Assembly (NCBI GenBank): GCA_937892705.1
Contig: CALBGR010000021.1
Location: forward strand, 6,572-70,571
Direction: 5' to 3'
Length of the DNA stretch: 64,000 bases
From: an uncultured Candidatus Saccharibacteria bacterium
GTDB taxonomy: Bacteria; Patescibacteriota; Saccharimonadia; Saccharimonadales; UBA4665
Below the pieces are notes generated by a model that was not told where the DNA came from, did no database searches, and saw only the letters and a program-made list of their open reading frames with translations. Positions 33,985 to 43,377 of this stretch are shown piece by piece. Every line of letters starts with the position of its first letter. The first letter of the stretch is position 1. A program made the position numbers and the translations under genes.

Positions 33985-35687
33985 GTGAACGATGACACTT
34001 CATTACTAAAAAAACTCATTGAGGAACATTTACCAAAAGATGAGCAAGAAATTGATCCTAAAACGATTAGATGGGCTTTATATGCAAGGAAATCAACAGA
34101 GAGCATAGAACGACAGGCTCGCTCCATACCCGATCAAATAGCCGACTGTCATGACGCCATACTACAACCGCTAGGAATTGTATTATCTAAGAAAGACATC
34201 TATACGGAAGAGCGTTCAGCCAAAGAGGCTGATACTCGACCTGTATTTCGTGATGTAATAAACGCCATTAAAGACAGTAAGTACGATGGCTTAATAGCAT
34301 GGCACCCAGACAGACTGGCTAGAAACATGAAAGAGGCTGGCGAAATAATAGACCTTATAGATAAAGGTGTTATTAAAGACCTAAAGTTTGCTCGTTCACA
34401 CTTTGAAAACACGCCAAGTGGCAAGATGACACTAGGCATCAGTTTCGTTCTATCAAAACACTACTCTGAACACTTGAGTGAATCAGTAAATCGGGGAAAT
34501 CGAAGAATTACAGAACGAGGTGGCATACTCTATAAATTCAAGCATGGGTACCGCATACAAGATACCCATAAACTTATAGCAGATGACGACAATTACTTAC
34601 TTATTCAAAAAGCCTTTGAAATGAGAACTAAAAACAAAACCCAGAAAGAAATTGCCGAATTCCTGAACAAGAGCAGCTACAAAGTGTATCGACGCAGTAA
34701 AGGTCATCAAGATTATACATTTGATGAAGATGCTATATCCAAGATGTTGAGAGACCCTGTATATGCTGGAGTAATCATTTATGGTAATCATGTTGGCTTG
34801 GTTGCGGATTATGATCCAACATTTACGCCTATGCTGACCGAACAAGAATTCCTTAACCTACATGGCGAAAAGAACTTCCTATCAAAGTCGTTCCGAGCAA
34901 GTACATCTAGTCAACCGAGAGACAATTCCAACTTCCTTAGGCGATTTGTTAAATGCGGTCATTGCGGCAGATTTATGACTACATCTGTTTCAAAAAGCGG
35001 TAGCACAAAGCAACACTATTTTTATTTCAGATGCGAGAATAAAGGTGGATGCGTAGTTGCTGGCACTGGTCCAAGAGGTGTGATAGCCCTTGATTATGCA
35101 ATCAACTTCCTAGACAATCATCGCTTTGTTACGGAGGAAAATTATAATCGCTATAAGATTGATGTTGAGGAAAGACTAAAGTTCGATACAGAAGAAAACG
35201 ACAGGATCATAGGTCAAGCTACTAGCTTATTAGGTAAAAGACGCAAAGAATTTGAAAACGCAAAAAAGCCGCAGCCGATAAGAGCAACGAACTCCATATC
35301 TTCTACACAGCCAGAGACCTCAAGAAGCTTGAAGATGAAATTAATACACTCGACAAAGAACTCAAAAAAGCCAGAAGAAAAAAAGCTAAGCAAGATGAAG
35401 CTATGCTGACCTACGAAAAATATCTCGAACTTTTTGAAAATACTGCGGAATTACTTCGGTCGTCAACCAGTATGTCGGCTGCTGATGAGATAATTCGTAT
35501 TTTCTTCTCGAACTTCACCGTTAAAGCTGAGCCAAAGAGCGAAAAAAGTAAACAAAAACTGTGGTCAATAACTAACCACTGTCTTGCAAAGCCTTTCGAC
35601 GAATTCGTCAAAAATGGTGAATTCCTTAATGGTCGGGGTGAAAGGACTCGAACCTTCGACCTCACGGTCCCAAACCGCGCGCGCTAG
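33985..35687 (+). pseudogene. large serine recombinase, split by a frameshift at the A6 run 35262-35267 (intact if A7); the 3' end runs antisense into tRNA-Pro
   Basis: Resolvase catalytic domain (ALYARKSTES ... DRLARN), recombinase domain, and Cys-rich zinc ribbon (CGHCGRFM ... FRCENKGGC). The coiled-coil tail continues in the frame of track ORF 35403-35687. Confidence 0.85.
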
Positions 35688-35706
35688 CCAACTGCGCCAC
35701 ACCCCG
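35630..35706 (-). tRNA. tRNA-Pro (anticodon TGG), CCA encoded
   Basis: C1-G72 acceptor CGGGGTG/CACCCCG, anticodon arm CGCGG-TTTGGGA-CCGTG, T arm GAAGG-TTCGAGT-CCTTT. Confidence 0.93.
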
Positions 35707-35774
35707 ATAGATAATAGGTAATTTTAGGGAAACAAGGGGTATTTTAACAGATTATGTTGTAATTGGCTAGAGTT

Positions 35775-36566
35775 TTATGTAACGACCTTTCGAATGTATT
35801 CTACTTTTTGCGCAAGACCAGTCGTAGGGTCAATCTGTACCCACAGCGCATTAAACTGTTTACGGCCCTTGTGTTCGATAATATTACGCGTTTGCACGGC
35901 ATCACGCCAGCGAGGCAATACAGAATCAAATGTTACACCCAAAGATGAATCAAGGGAGCCACACATGCCAACGTCTGTGATGTGTGCAGTACCTTTTGGT
36001 AATACTTGAGCATCAGCAGTAGGCACATGCCAGTGATCACCAACAACCATACTCACAAGTCCATCTAAATAATGTCCTATAATTACTTTTTCACTGCTAT
36101 AATCGCCGTGAAAATTAACTATAGTAGCAGCCCGCTCAATATTTTGATTTTCAGCCAAAATCATATCGATAGTTTTTAAGGGATTTTCTATAGTAATTTC
36201 ACGGCCAACTGTCCCGCCAAGCAGTGAGATGATTAAAATTTTTCCAGCTGAAGAGTCCGTATACTTCCATCCACGTCCAGGGCAATTATGCATATTTGCC
36301 GGCCCAATAACCGGCTGATTATCATCTTCAAGAAGCGGTGTCAGCTCTGGCCTGACGGGCGTATGGTTGCCACCGGTAAAAAAATCTACGCCTGCTCTTT
36401 GCAGGCGCTGCATATCTGACGGCAGCATACCCTTCCCATCTGAGACATTCTCTGCTTGAGCAACCACAAAATCTATTTGTTTTTCCTTGCGTAGATCCGG
36501 CAACAGCTGTTCAACAACTGCTATACCGGCTTCCGCCATAACATCACCCACGTATAGAACATTCAT
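35775..36566 (-). CDS. YmdB-family metallophosphoesterase (2',3'-cyclic-nucleotide phosphodiesterase)
   Basis: MNVLYVGDV, GNH, NFHGDYSSEK, GDHWHVPTAD, TDVGMCG. Immediately downstream of rny, as in Firmicutes. Confidence 0.88.
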   Translation of the reverse strand: MNVLYVGDVMAEAGIAVVEQLLPDLRKEKQIDFVVAQAENVSDGKGMLPSDMQRLQRAGVDFFTGGNHTPVRPELTPLLEDDNQPVIGPANMHNCPGRGWKYTDSSAGKILIISLLGGTVGREITIENPLKTIDMILAENQNIERAATIVNFHGDYSSEKVIIGHYLDGLVSMVVGDHWHVPTADAQVLPKGTAHITDVGMCGSLDSSLGVTFDSVLPRWRDAVQTRNIIEHKGRKQFNALWVQIDPTTGLAQKVEYIRKVVT

Positions 36567-36567
36567 A

Positions 36568-38082
36568 TTATTTAGCGAATTCTACTGCGCGGGTTTCGCG
36601 AATAACATTGACTTTGATAGTGCCTGGATATTGCATACTGGATTCAATTTTGGTAGCAATATCTCGAGCGAGTTTAATGGCATTGAGATCATCAATTTGC
36701 TGCGGTTTTACAAACACACGAACCTCACGACCAGCACTGATAGCATAGGCCTTCTCAACACCCTTAAAGCTTGTGGCTACATTTTCGAGCTCTTTCATAC
36801 GCTCGACAAAATTCTCAGCACTGATATTGCGCGCACCTGGACGAGCTGCACTAATAGCATCTACTACCCGCACAATGAGCGCCTCTACCGTAGTTGCTTC
36901 AACATCATCATGGTGTTGCTCGGCAGCAAGCGCCACTTCCTCAGGCGCACCGTACTTACGCAGCATTTCACCAGAAATATGATGATGCTTTCCTTCCATT
37001 TTATGAGTAAGTGCTTTACCTACGTCATGTACTAAAGCAGCATACTTAGCGGTTTTCACATCTGCACCTAATTCTTCGGCAATAATGCCAGCAAGATGCG
37101 CCATCTCAGTACTATGCTTCAATACATTCTGACCGTAGCTTGTACGATACTTCAATTCACCAAGCAGATGCAAAATCTCTTTTGGTATACCAAGTATGCC
37201 TACTTCACGTGCCGCATCTTCACCAGCACGAACTACTTCTTTTTCAACATTCTTCTGGGCTTTTGCCACTACTTCTTCAATGCGGCCAGGGTGAATACGA
37301 CCATCCTTCATAAGCATTTCAATCGCTTGACGCGCTACTTCACGGCGCACCGGATCAAAGCTAGAAAGCACTACATAGCCTGGCGTATCATCCACCATAA
37401 TGTCCACACCGGTTGCGCGCTGCAATGCATGGATATTGCGGCCTTCTTTACCAATAATACGGCCCTTCATTTCTTCGTCTTCAAGCTTAACGCTCGTGAC
37501 GGTACGCTCTGCAGTCACTTCGCTGGCCATACGTTCCATAGCAGACACGATAATCTCGGTTGCACGCTCTTCTGCATTTTCCTTGGCTTCGTTTTGCAGT
37601 TTATTAACCAAACCAATAAGGTCATTTTTTATGTCTCTCTCAGTCATCTGCATAAGCTTTTCTGCAGCTTCTGCTTTGGTAAGCTTTGCGATCTTCTCTA
37701 ATTTTTCTTGCTGCTTAACGCGAATTTCACGAATTTCGTCTTTCAAACTTTCTACTTCAGCCTCGGCCTTGCGGAGCTTTTCAGTACGCTTGTCAATCTC
37801 GTCAAGCTTTTTGTCTAAAGATTCTTCACGCTGAATCAAACGATTTTCAGTTTCTTTTAATTCACGACGGCGCGCCTGTTCATCTCTCCGTGCTTCCTCC
37901 GCAATTTTTGCAGCATCTTCACGTGCTGCTGCCGTAATTTTGGCAGCCTCTTTTTTTGCTTTTTCAAGTTCTTTTTTTGCTTCAGCTGCTGCTGAGCCTA
38001 TTTTTTGTTTTGTTATAAAAGTGTTCGCACCATAGCCAACACCTGCACCGACAAGAGCCAGCACGATGGCAAGTATTTCCAT
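36568..38082 (-). CDS. rny: ribonuclease Y
   Basis: N-terminal TM helix, long coiled coil, KH domain (GRIIGKEGRNI), HD domain (LVHDVGK). Start set at MEILAIV. Confidence 0.93.
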   Translation of the reverse strand: MEILAIVLALVGAGVGYGANTFITKQKIGSAAAEAKKELEKAKKEAAKITAAAREDAAKIAEEARRDEQARRRELKETENRLIQREESLDKKLDEIDKRTEKLRKAEAEVESLKDEIREIRVKQQEKLEKIAKLTKAEAAEKLMQMTERDIKNDLIGLVNKLQNEAKENAEERATEIIVSAMERMASEVTAERTVTSVKLEDEEMKGRIIGKEGRNIHALQRATGVDIMVDDTPGYVVLSSFDPVRREVARQAIEMLMKDGRIHPGRIEEVVAKAQKNVEKEVVRAGEDAAREVGILGIPKEILHLLGELKYRTSYGQNVLKHSTEMAHLAGIIAEELGADVKTAKYAALVHDVGKALTHKMEGKHHHISGEMLRKYGAPEEVALAAEQHHDDVEATTVEALIVRVVDAISAARPGARNISAENFVERMKELENVATSFKGVEKAYAISAGREVRVFVKPQQIDDLNAIKLARDIATKIESSMQYPGTIKVNVIRETRAVEFAK

Positions 38083-38270
38083 GTTTTTCCTTTCTATCGA
38101 ACAAACCGTCCGCAAAGACAATCGCTGTCACTTCACTAGTCTTTCAGCACGATTTGATAATCAAGTTGATAATTAATAAATTCCAAAAATGTGGATTGCC
38201 CCCAAAATCTGCAATTCCTAAAAATTACTATATGCCTGTTGCATAATTTTGGCAATCGTTCAGCAAAAAT

Positions 38271-38663
38271 TTATTTTTTCTGGGCAGTAGTATAGACTGG
38301 TGAGCCGTATTCAAGCGCTACTATTTTATCATCGTTACCCTTTTGCAAACGCTGAACACCCTCTATTTGCCACATATCACCCGTTACGCCAACAATCGGT
38401 ATACATAAACTGTATGCCAGTGCATCTGCAACACTTGCGCCAATGCGCAGACCCGTAAAACTCCCTGGACCCTTATACAGTACAATGCCGTCGATGTCAG
38501 ATAGCTCTTTATGAACTCCTTCTAATAGATCAGTAATTTTTACATGGATTGTTTCAGCTAATAGACGATGCGCTTCCCAGACTTCATACGCCAACTGAGT
38601 ATCGTCTTTATATAGACCTATTTCAGATTCCGGCTTATCGGTACGAATAGTAAGAATCAGCAT
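38271..38663 (-). CDS. tsaB: tRNA t6A biosynthesis protein TsaB (short form)
   Basis: GPGSFTGLRIG motif. 130 aa, N-terminal ASKHA half only. Confidence 0.8.
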   Translation of the reverse strand: MLILTIRTDKPESEIGLYKDDTQLAYEVWEAHRLLAETIHVKITDLLEGVHKELSDIDGIVLYKGPGSFTGLRIGASVADALAYSLCIPIVGVTGDMWQIEGVQRLQKGNDDKIVALEYGSPVYTTAQKK

Positions 38664-38690
38664 AATTAAATAGTAGTTTCTAAAAAGTGA

Positions 38691-39155
38691 TTAATGCAAG
38701 TTTTCTACAAGATATCTTAAGGTCTCTGGGTACGTAATATCCAATTTTCGAGCAGTTTCACCTGTTACAGTAATTTCAATACGCACCCGGTCCTCAGGCA
38801 GTACATCATGCACAATATCTGCCCATTCCACCACCACAACACTCTTGGGGTCACCTATTACTTCAGCAAGTTCGTCTGCGATGACACCAGGCTCAGGCAA
38901 GCGATAAAAGTCAAAGTGATATACATACAATTGACCCCCGCTGTATTCACGACTAATGGTAAATGTCGGGCTTGCGACGTGATCATGACTTCCCAAACCA
39001 GCCACCAACCCACGGGTAAAGGTTGTTTTACCGCCCCCAAGATCGCTCACCAATTCAATCACCTCGCCACCACGCAACCGAGAAGCAAACACTCGAGCAA
39101 TATGCTCCGTCTCCTCGGGACTGGCAGTTTGAATAACAGTATGACTTGTAGCCAT
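38691..39155 (-). CDS. tsaE: tRNA t6A biosynthesis ATPase TsaE
   Basis: GDLGGGKTTFTRG P-loop, SPTF, HFDFYR. Confidence 0.9.
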   Translation of the reverse strand: MATSHTVIQTASPEETEHIARVFASRLRGGEVIELVSDLGGGKTTFTRGLVAGLGSHDHVASPTFTISREYSGGQLYVYHFDFYRLPEPGVIADELAEVIGDPKSVVVVEWADIVHDVLPEDRVRIEITVTGETARKLDITYPETLRYLVENLH

Positions 39156-39191
39156 TTTCTGATAATACAGGAATCAAACAGAGGTAGCAAT

Positions 39192-39220
39192 TATACAAAA
39201 TCGCCAGTACAGCGTATAAT
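39192..39220 (+). promoter_or_regulatory. sigma70-like promoter (TATACA-N17-TATAAT), possibly producing a leaderless mRNA
   Basis: TATAAT at 39215-39220. ATG 39228 begins 8 nt after the -10 box. Confidence 0.4.
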
Positions 39221-39227
39221 GAGGCTT

Positions 39228-39743
39228 ATGCTTCGTTTGAGTGGAACGCTCCTAAACCGACCAGTCTTATCTCTGCGCACCGGCGGGATTGTAGCCACCG
39301 CTACGCACCCGATTATTAACCCTGACAATTTAAAGATAGAAGGTTTTTATTGTTTTGGCACTCACGACAAAGCCGCCAAAGTATTGTTATATCAGGATAT
39401 TAGAGACATTATTATGCAAGGTTTCATAATTGATGATTATGGTGTGCTTGCTGAACCGGAAGAACTCATCAGACTCAGAAAAATCCTGGAAATCGGTTTT
39501 GACCCTATGGGCAAACAAGTAGTCACCGTTAGTAAGCAGAAGGTCGGAAAGGTGAGTGATTACGCCGTCGAAATGGAAACAATGTATATTCAAAAAATTT
39601 ATGTCACACAGTCATTATTTAAAAGCTTTACTGGCGGCAATTTAGGTATTGACCGCTCACAAATCCACGAAATTACTCCCAAAAAAATCATCGTCCAAGA
39701 TTTATTGAAATCATCGCCAGCCGCAACTCCAGCAGGTATTTAA
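39228..39743 (+). CDS. PRC-barrel domain protein (two PRC-like repeats)
   Basis: LLNRPVLSLRTGG and MGKQVVTVSKQKVGKVSDYAV. The upstream part of track ORF 38808-39743 is antisense to tsaE and is discarded. ATG 39219 is an alternative start. Confidence 0.65.
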   Translation: MLRLSGTLLNRPVLSLRTGGIVATATHPIINPDNLKIEGFYCFGTHDKAAKVLLYQDIRDIIMQGFIIDDYGVLAEPEELIRLRKILEIGFDPMGKQVVTVSKQKVGKVSDYAVEMETMYIQKIYVTQSLFKSFTGGNLGIDRSQIHEITPKKIIVQDLLKSSPAATPAGI

Positions 39744-39749
39744 GAAGCG

Positions 39750-40367
39750 CTATTCTTTGTCCAATTCAGATAATACTTCTTTTATGTCGCCGTAGCTAAA
39801 TCCTTGTCGACTCAAATATGCCAGTAGCTTTTCACTGTCTTGATATTTTGCCTGTCTGCGTTTTCGGATAATAAGCTCTTTTAGCACAGTCTTCTCATCT
39901 GTATCATCACTAGCAAGTACTTCATCAATAATTTCTTCACTAATATGTTTTTGCTTCAGTTCAAGTCGCAAACGTCTTATAGATAGGGGTTTGAGCAGGC
40001 GACGGCTTGCAACCCAAGACTCAGCAAATGCTTTATCATCAATGAAATGATTAATACTTAACTTGTTAAGTATTTTTTCTTGTAGAGCAGGGGGGCAGGC
40101 TTTGCGCTGTAAATACATCTCGATTTCCCACATGGAGCGAGGACGGATCGCTACGTAACGCAAAACTTGGTTGTATATTTTATCGTCAGCCGATAATTTC
40201 TTATACTCTTTTAATTCGCTTTCCGATAACGCTTGTCCTACATGCAGTTTTGTATCTAAAAGCGCTGTATCACTCAGCGAAAAAGCATACTTATTATCAA
40301 CAAAAACTGAATATCGCCCCTTTCGTTTTTCTTGCTGCTTTATCGCTGTGATTTTCATGGGCAACAA
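39750..40367 (-). CDS. recX: recombination regulator RecX
   Basis: Three-helix repeat architecture, directly downstream of recA. RYSVFVDNKYAFSLS is a typical RecX N-terminus. Confidence 0.85.
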   Translation of the reverse strand: MLPMKITAIKQQEKRKGRYSVFVDNKYAFSLSDTALLDTKLHVGQALSESELKEYKKLSADDKIYNQVLRYVAIRPRSMWEIEMYLQRKACPPALQEKILNKLSINHFIDDKAFAESWVASRRLLKPLSIRRLRLELKQKHISEEIIDEVLASDDTDEKTVLKELIIRKRRQAKYQDSEKLLAYLSRQGFSYGDIKEVLSELDKE

Positions 40368-40391
40368 TAGGTAAATATACGTCTTCTATAT

Positions 40392-41405
40392 TTACTCGTT
40401 GTTTGCCGCTTCGGTAACTTTCTTGGCAATTTCTTCCAGAACTTTCGGATTTTCTTCCAAGTACTTCTTTGCTGCTTCGCGCCCCTGACCAATCTTAGCG
40501 CCATTATACGCAAACCAGGCACCAGATTTTTCCACAATATTATGTTCTACCGCCAGATCAAGCACATCGCCAGAACGAGAAATGCCTTGGTTGTACATAA
40601 TGTCAAATTCAGCCTGACGAAATGGTGGCGCAATCTTATTCTTTACTACCTTTACTCGCGTGCGATTACCGATGACCTCTTCACCTTGTTTGATTTGTGA
40701 CACACGGCGAATATCCATACGAACCGATGCGTAAAACTTCAACGCATTACCGCCAGTAGTCGTCTCCGGATTGCCAAACATTACACCAATTTTCATACGG
40801 ATTTGGTTAATAAAGATTACAGTTGCCTTAGAGCGTGAAATTACTCCAGTAAGCTTACGCAGCGCCTGGCTCATGAGCCGAGCCTGTAAGCCCATGTGAC
40901 TATCACCCATATCGCCTTCGATTTCAGCACGTGGTGTCAACGCAGCCACAGAGTCAACTACAATTAAGTCCACCGCATTAGAACGCACCAGCGTCTCAGC
41001 AATCTCAAGCGCCTGCTCACCATTATCCGGCTGGCTGAGTAGCAAATTGTCTACATCCACGCCAATCCGTTTTGCATATGATGGATCAAGTGCGTGCTCA
41101 GCATCGATAAATGCTGCGGTGCCACCTTGCTTTTGGATTTCAGCAATAGCGTGAAGTGTTAATGTCGTCTTACCAGAACTTTCTGGACCGTAAATTTCTA
41201 TAATGCGGCCTTTTGGTAGTCCGCCTCCCAGCGCAAGATCCAAGCTTAAAGAACCGGTAGGAATACACTCCACCTGCACATTTGTCTGCTCGCCCAACTT
41301 CATAATTGAGCCTTTACCAAACTGCTTCTCAATGGTTTCAAGCGCTAGATTCAAAGCTTTTGCTCTACCGTCAGCTTGCGCCTTTTGAGCCTTATCATTG
41401 GCCAT
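40392..41405 (-). CDS. recA: recombinase RecA
   Basis: [34 protein letters not shown]. Confidence 0.97.
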   Translation of the reverse strand: MANDKAQKAQADGRAKALNLALETIEKQFGKGSIMKLGEQTNVQVECIPTGSLSLDLALGGGLPKGRIIEIYGPESSGKTTLTLHAIAEIQKQGGTAAFIDAEHALDPSYAKRIGVDVDNLLLSQPDNGEQALEIAETLVRSNAVDLIVVDSVAALTPRAEIEGDMGDSHMGLQARLMSQALRKLTGVISRSKATVIFINQIRMKIGVMFGNPETTTGGNALKFYASVRMDIRRVSQIKQGEEVIGNRTRVKVVKNKIAPPFRQAEFDIMYNQGISRSGDVLDLAVEHNIVEKSGAWFAYNGAKIGQGREAAKKYLEENPKVLEEIAKKVTEAANNE

Positions 41406-41550
41406 GCACTACCCTCCTCAAGATACTCCTGCCTTACACTTCTATTACTTTAATTATACCATGTAACTCTTTAACTTTCCCCTAAATACTTTTGTCCTGT
41501 CATTACCCTCTTATAATGCTTGTGGCTTTCCTATATAATGAATAGTAAAC

Positions 41551-43371
41551 ATGCGCATATCAGATTCACTTGTAGAAAAATTGCTTGAGGACACCGGCAA
41601 GGTCACTGCTGATCAGTTAAAGGCGCTCCGAGAACAGACAAAAACCGAGAAAAAACCTTTGCAAGATCTTGTTATTAAAAACAATATCTTAAGCGAAAAA
41701 GAACTGACAAAACTTTTTGCTGAAGAAATCGATGTACCATTTATAGAACTAAATCCTCGCGAGATCAAACGCCAGCATCTAAAACTCATACCTGAGCGAA
41801 TTGCACACCAGTACCGTGCAGTAGTCTTTGATGTAGACGAAGACGGCAACAATATGTTAGCCATGGAAGATCCTGACGACATCCAGGCAGTCAGTTTTTT
41901 GCAGAAACAGCTTGGCACTAATCTGAAACTTTATATTGCAACTGCAAGTCAAATTCAAGCAGCACTCGAACAGTACCGAGGAAATATCAGCAGCGAACTC
42001 ACAAAAGTAATTGCCGGCGACGAAGACACAGAGGAAACGTTTGAAGAAGAAGTAAGTGAAGAAGATTTAGCCGAAGATTCCCCTATAGCCCAAACGGTAA
42101 ATCTCATCATTGAATACGGCGTCAAATCTGGCGCAAGCGATATCCACATAGAGCCACGTGAAAATTTTGTTGTTATCCGTTACCGCATAGACGGTATATT
42201 GCGTGAAGCTAATAAGCTACCGCGTAAGCTACTACCATCTTTAGTTTCGCGCATCAAAATCCTATCCAACCTAAAAATCGATGAACACCGCACGCCTCAG
42301 GACGGCAGATTTAAAGTGCATTTTGGAGGCAATGTGTATGCGCTTCGTGTCTCAACACTCCCGATCATAGACGGAGAAAAGGTGGTCATGCGTATCCTGA
42401 ATGAGACTAGCCAAGCCGCCACACTTGAAGAACTGGGTTACTGGGGTATTTCACTCCGCACCATCAAGCACGCAATCATCCAGCCACACGGCATGATTTT
42501 AGTTACCGGCCCAACTGGTTCTGGTAAGTCTACCAGCTTATTCAGCGTACTCAGCATGCTCAATAATCCAACAGTGAATATATCCACCATTGAAGATCCG
42601 ATTGAGTACCGAATTGTAGGCGCTAACCAAACCCAAGTAAATCCACAAGCCGGTATGACTTTCAGCAGCGGGCTTCGCGCACTGCTTCGCCAAGACCCGA
42701 ATATTATCATGGTGGGTGAAATCCGCGATGGTGAAACCGCAGGGCTTGCAGTACAGGCAGCACTGACTGGCCACTTGGTGTTCAGCACACTACACACCAA
42801 CAATGCCGCAACATGTCTTCCTCGACTGCTAGATATGAACATTGAGCCGTTTTTGATAGCAAGCACTGTACGAGTTGTGGTGGGTCAGCGATTGGTACGG
42901 CGACTCTGCCCTGACTGTCGTGAAGTATTCGAACCTGATGCTACAACACTCGATGACCTCATGAAGGCATTCAGCCTCACAGAGCCTGGCGATATGAAGC
43001 ACATACACGAACTAGAAAAACAAGCACTTGAGGAAGGTATTGGTAAAACCAACACATCCAAGGTTAATACGGCATCAACCGCCGAACTTTCCACAAACGA
43101 AAAAGGAATTATGAGGCTTTGGCGCGCCCACAAAGAAGGCTGCGAAAACTGTAACCACACAGGCTACAAAGGCCGAGCTGGTATTTATGAAGTGCTTGAC
43201 AATACCGAGGACATCCAGAAACTAATTGTGGCCAATGCAACAAGTGAAGAAATCCAAAACACCGCCATCAAAAACGGAATGATGACCATGCAAATTGACG
43301 GGCTCATAAAAGCACTACGTGGCCAAACAAGTATTGAAGAAATTTTGCGCGTAACTGCTAGCGGAGAGTAA
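41551..43371 (+). CDS. pilB: type IV pilus assembly ATPase (GspE/PilB family) with N-terminal T2SSE_N domain
   Basis: GPTGSGKST Walker A, Asp/His boxes, tetra-Cys motif CPDC ... CENC. Confidence 0.93.
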   Translation: MRISDSLVEKLLEDTGKVTADQLKALREQTKTEKKPLQDLVIKNNILSEKELTKLFAEEIDVPFIELNPREIKRQHLKLIPERIAHQYRAVVFDVDEDGNNMLAMEDPDDIQAVSFLQKQLGTNLKLYIATASQIQAALEQYRGNISSELTKVIAGDEDTEETFEEEVSEEDLAEDSPIAQTVNLIIEYGVKSGASDIHIEPRENFVVIRYRIDGILREANKLPRKLLPSLVSRIKILSNLKIDEHRTPQDGRFKVHFGGNVYALRVSTLPIIDGEKVVMRILNETSQAATLEELGYWGISLRTIKHAIIQPHGMILVTGPTGSGKSTSLFSVLSMLNNPTVNISTIEDPIEYRIVGANQTQVNPQAGMTFSSGLRALLRQDPNIIMVGEIRDGETAGLAVQAALTGHLVFSTLHTNNAATCLPRLLDMNIEPFLIASTVRVVVGQRLVRRLCPDCREVFEPDATTLDDLMKAFSLTEPGDMKHIHELEKQALEEGIGKTNTSKVNTASTAELSTNEKGIMRLWRAHKEGCENCNHTGYKGRAGIYEVLDNTEDIQKLIVANATSEEIQNTAIKNGMMTMQIDGLIKALRGQTSIEEILRVTASGE

Positions 43372-43377
43372 TACATT

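Larger units (their letters stand above)
29551..35637. mobile_element. about 6.1-kb integrated element at the 3' end of tRNA-Pro (two recombinases, XRE regulator, accessory genes)
   Basis: Bounded by the TGGTCGGG direct repeat. Recombinase genes abut the tRNA. The content is unrelated to the flanking housekeeping genes. Confidence 0.6.

Noticed and set aside
33752-34003. 83-aa minus-strand ORF across the spacer between the recombinase genes.
   Set aside because: It overlaps both recombinase gene ends, has no SD, and spans the repeat array. It is more likely regulatory DNA.
35411-35665. 84-aa minus-strand ORF.
   Set aside because: It is antisense to the serine recombinase tail and begins inside tRNA-Pro.
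36487-37834. Several long plus-strand ORFs (182, 201 and 144 aa) inside rny, and similar antisense ORFs inside dnaK (62222-63691), recA, pilB and the P-type ATPase.
   Set aside because: They are antisense shadows of strongly supported genes, with biased Ser/Cys/Phe-rich composition.
38808-39218. N-terminal 137 codons of track ORF 38808-39743.
   Set aside because: They are entirely antisense to the well-supported tsaE gene and have poor composition. A TATAAT box and ATG at 39219/39228 give a sensible start for the PRC-barrel protein.
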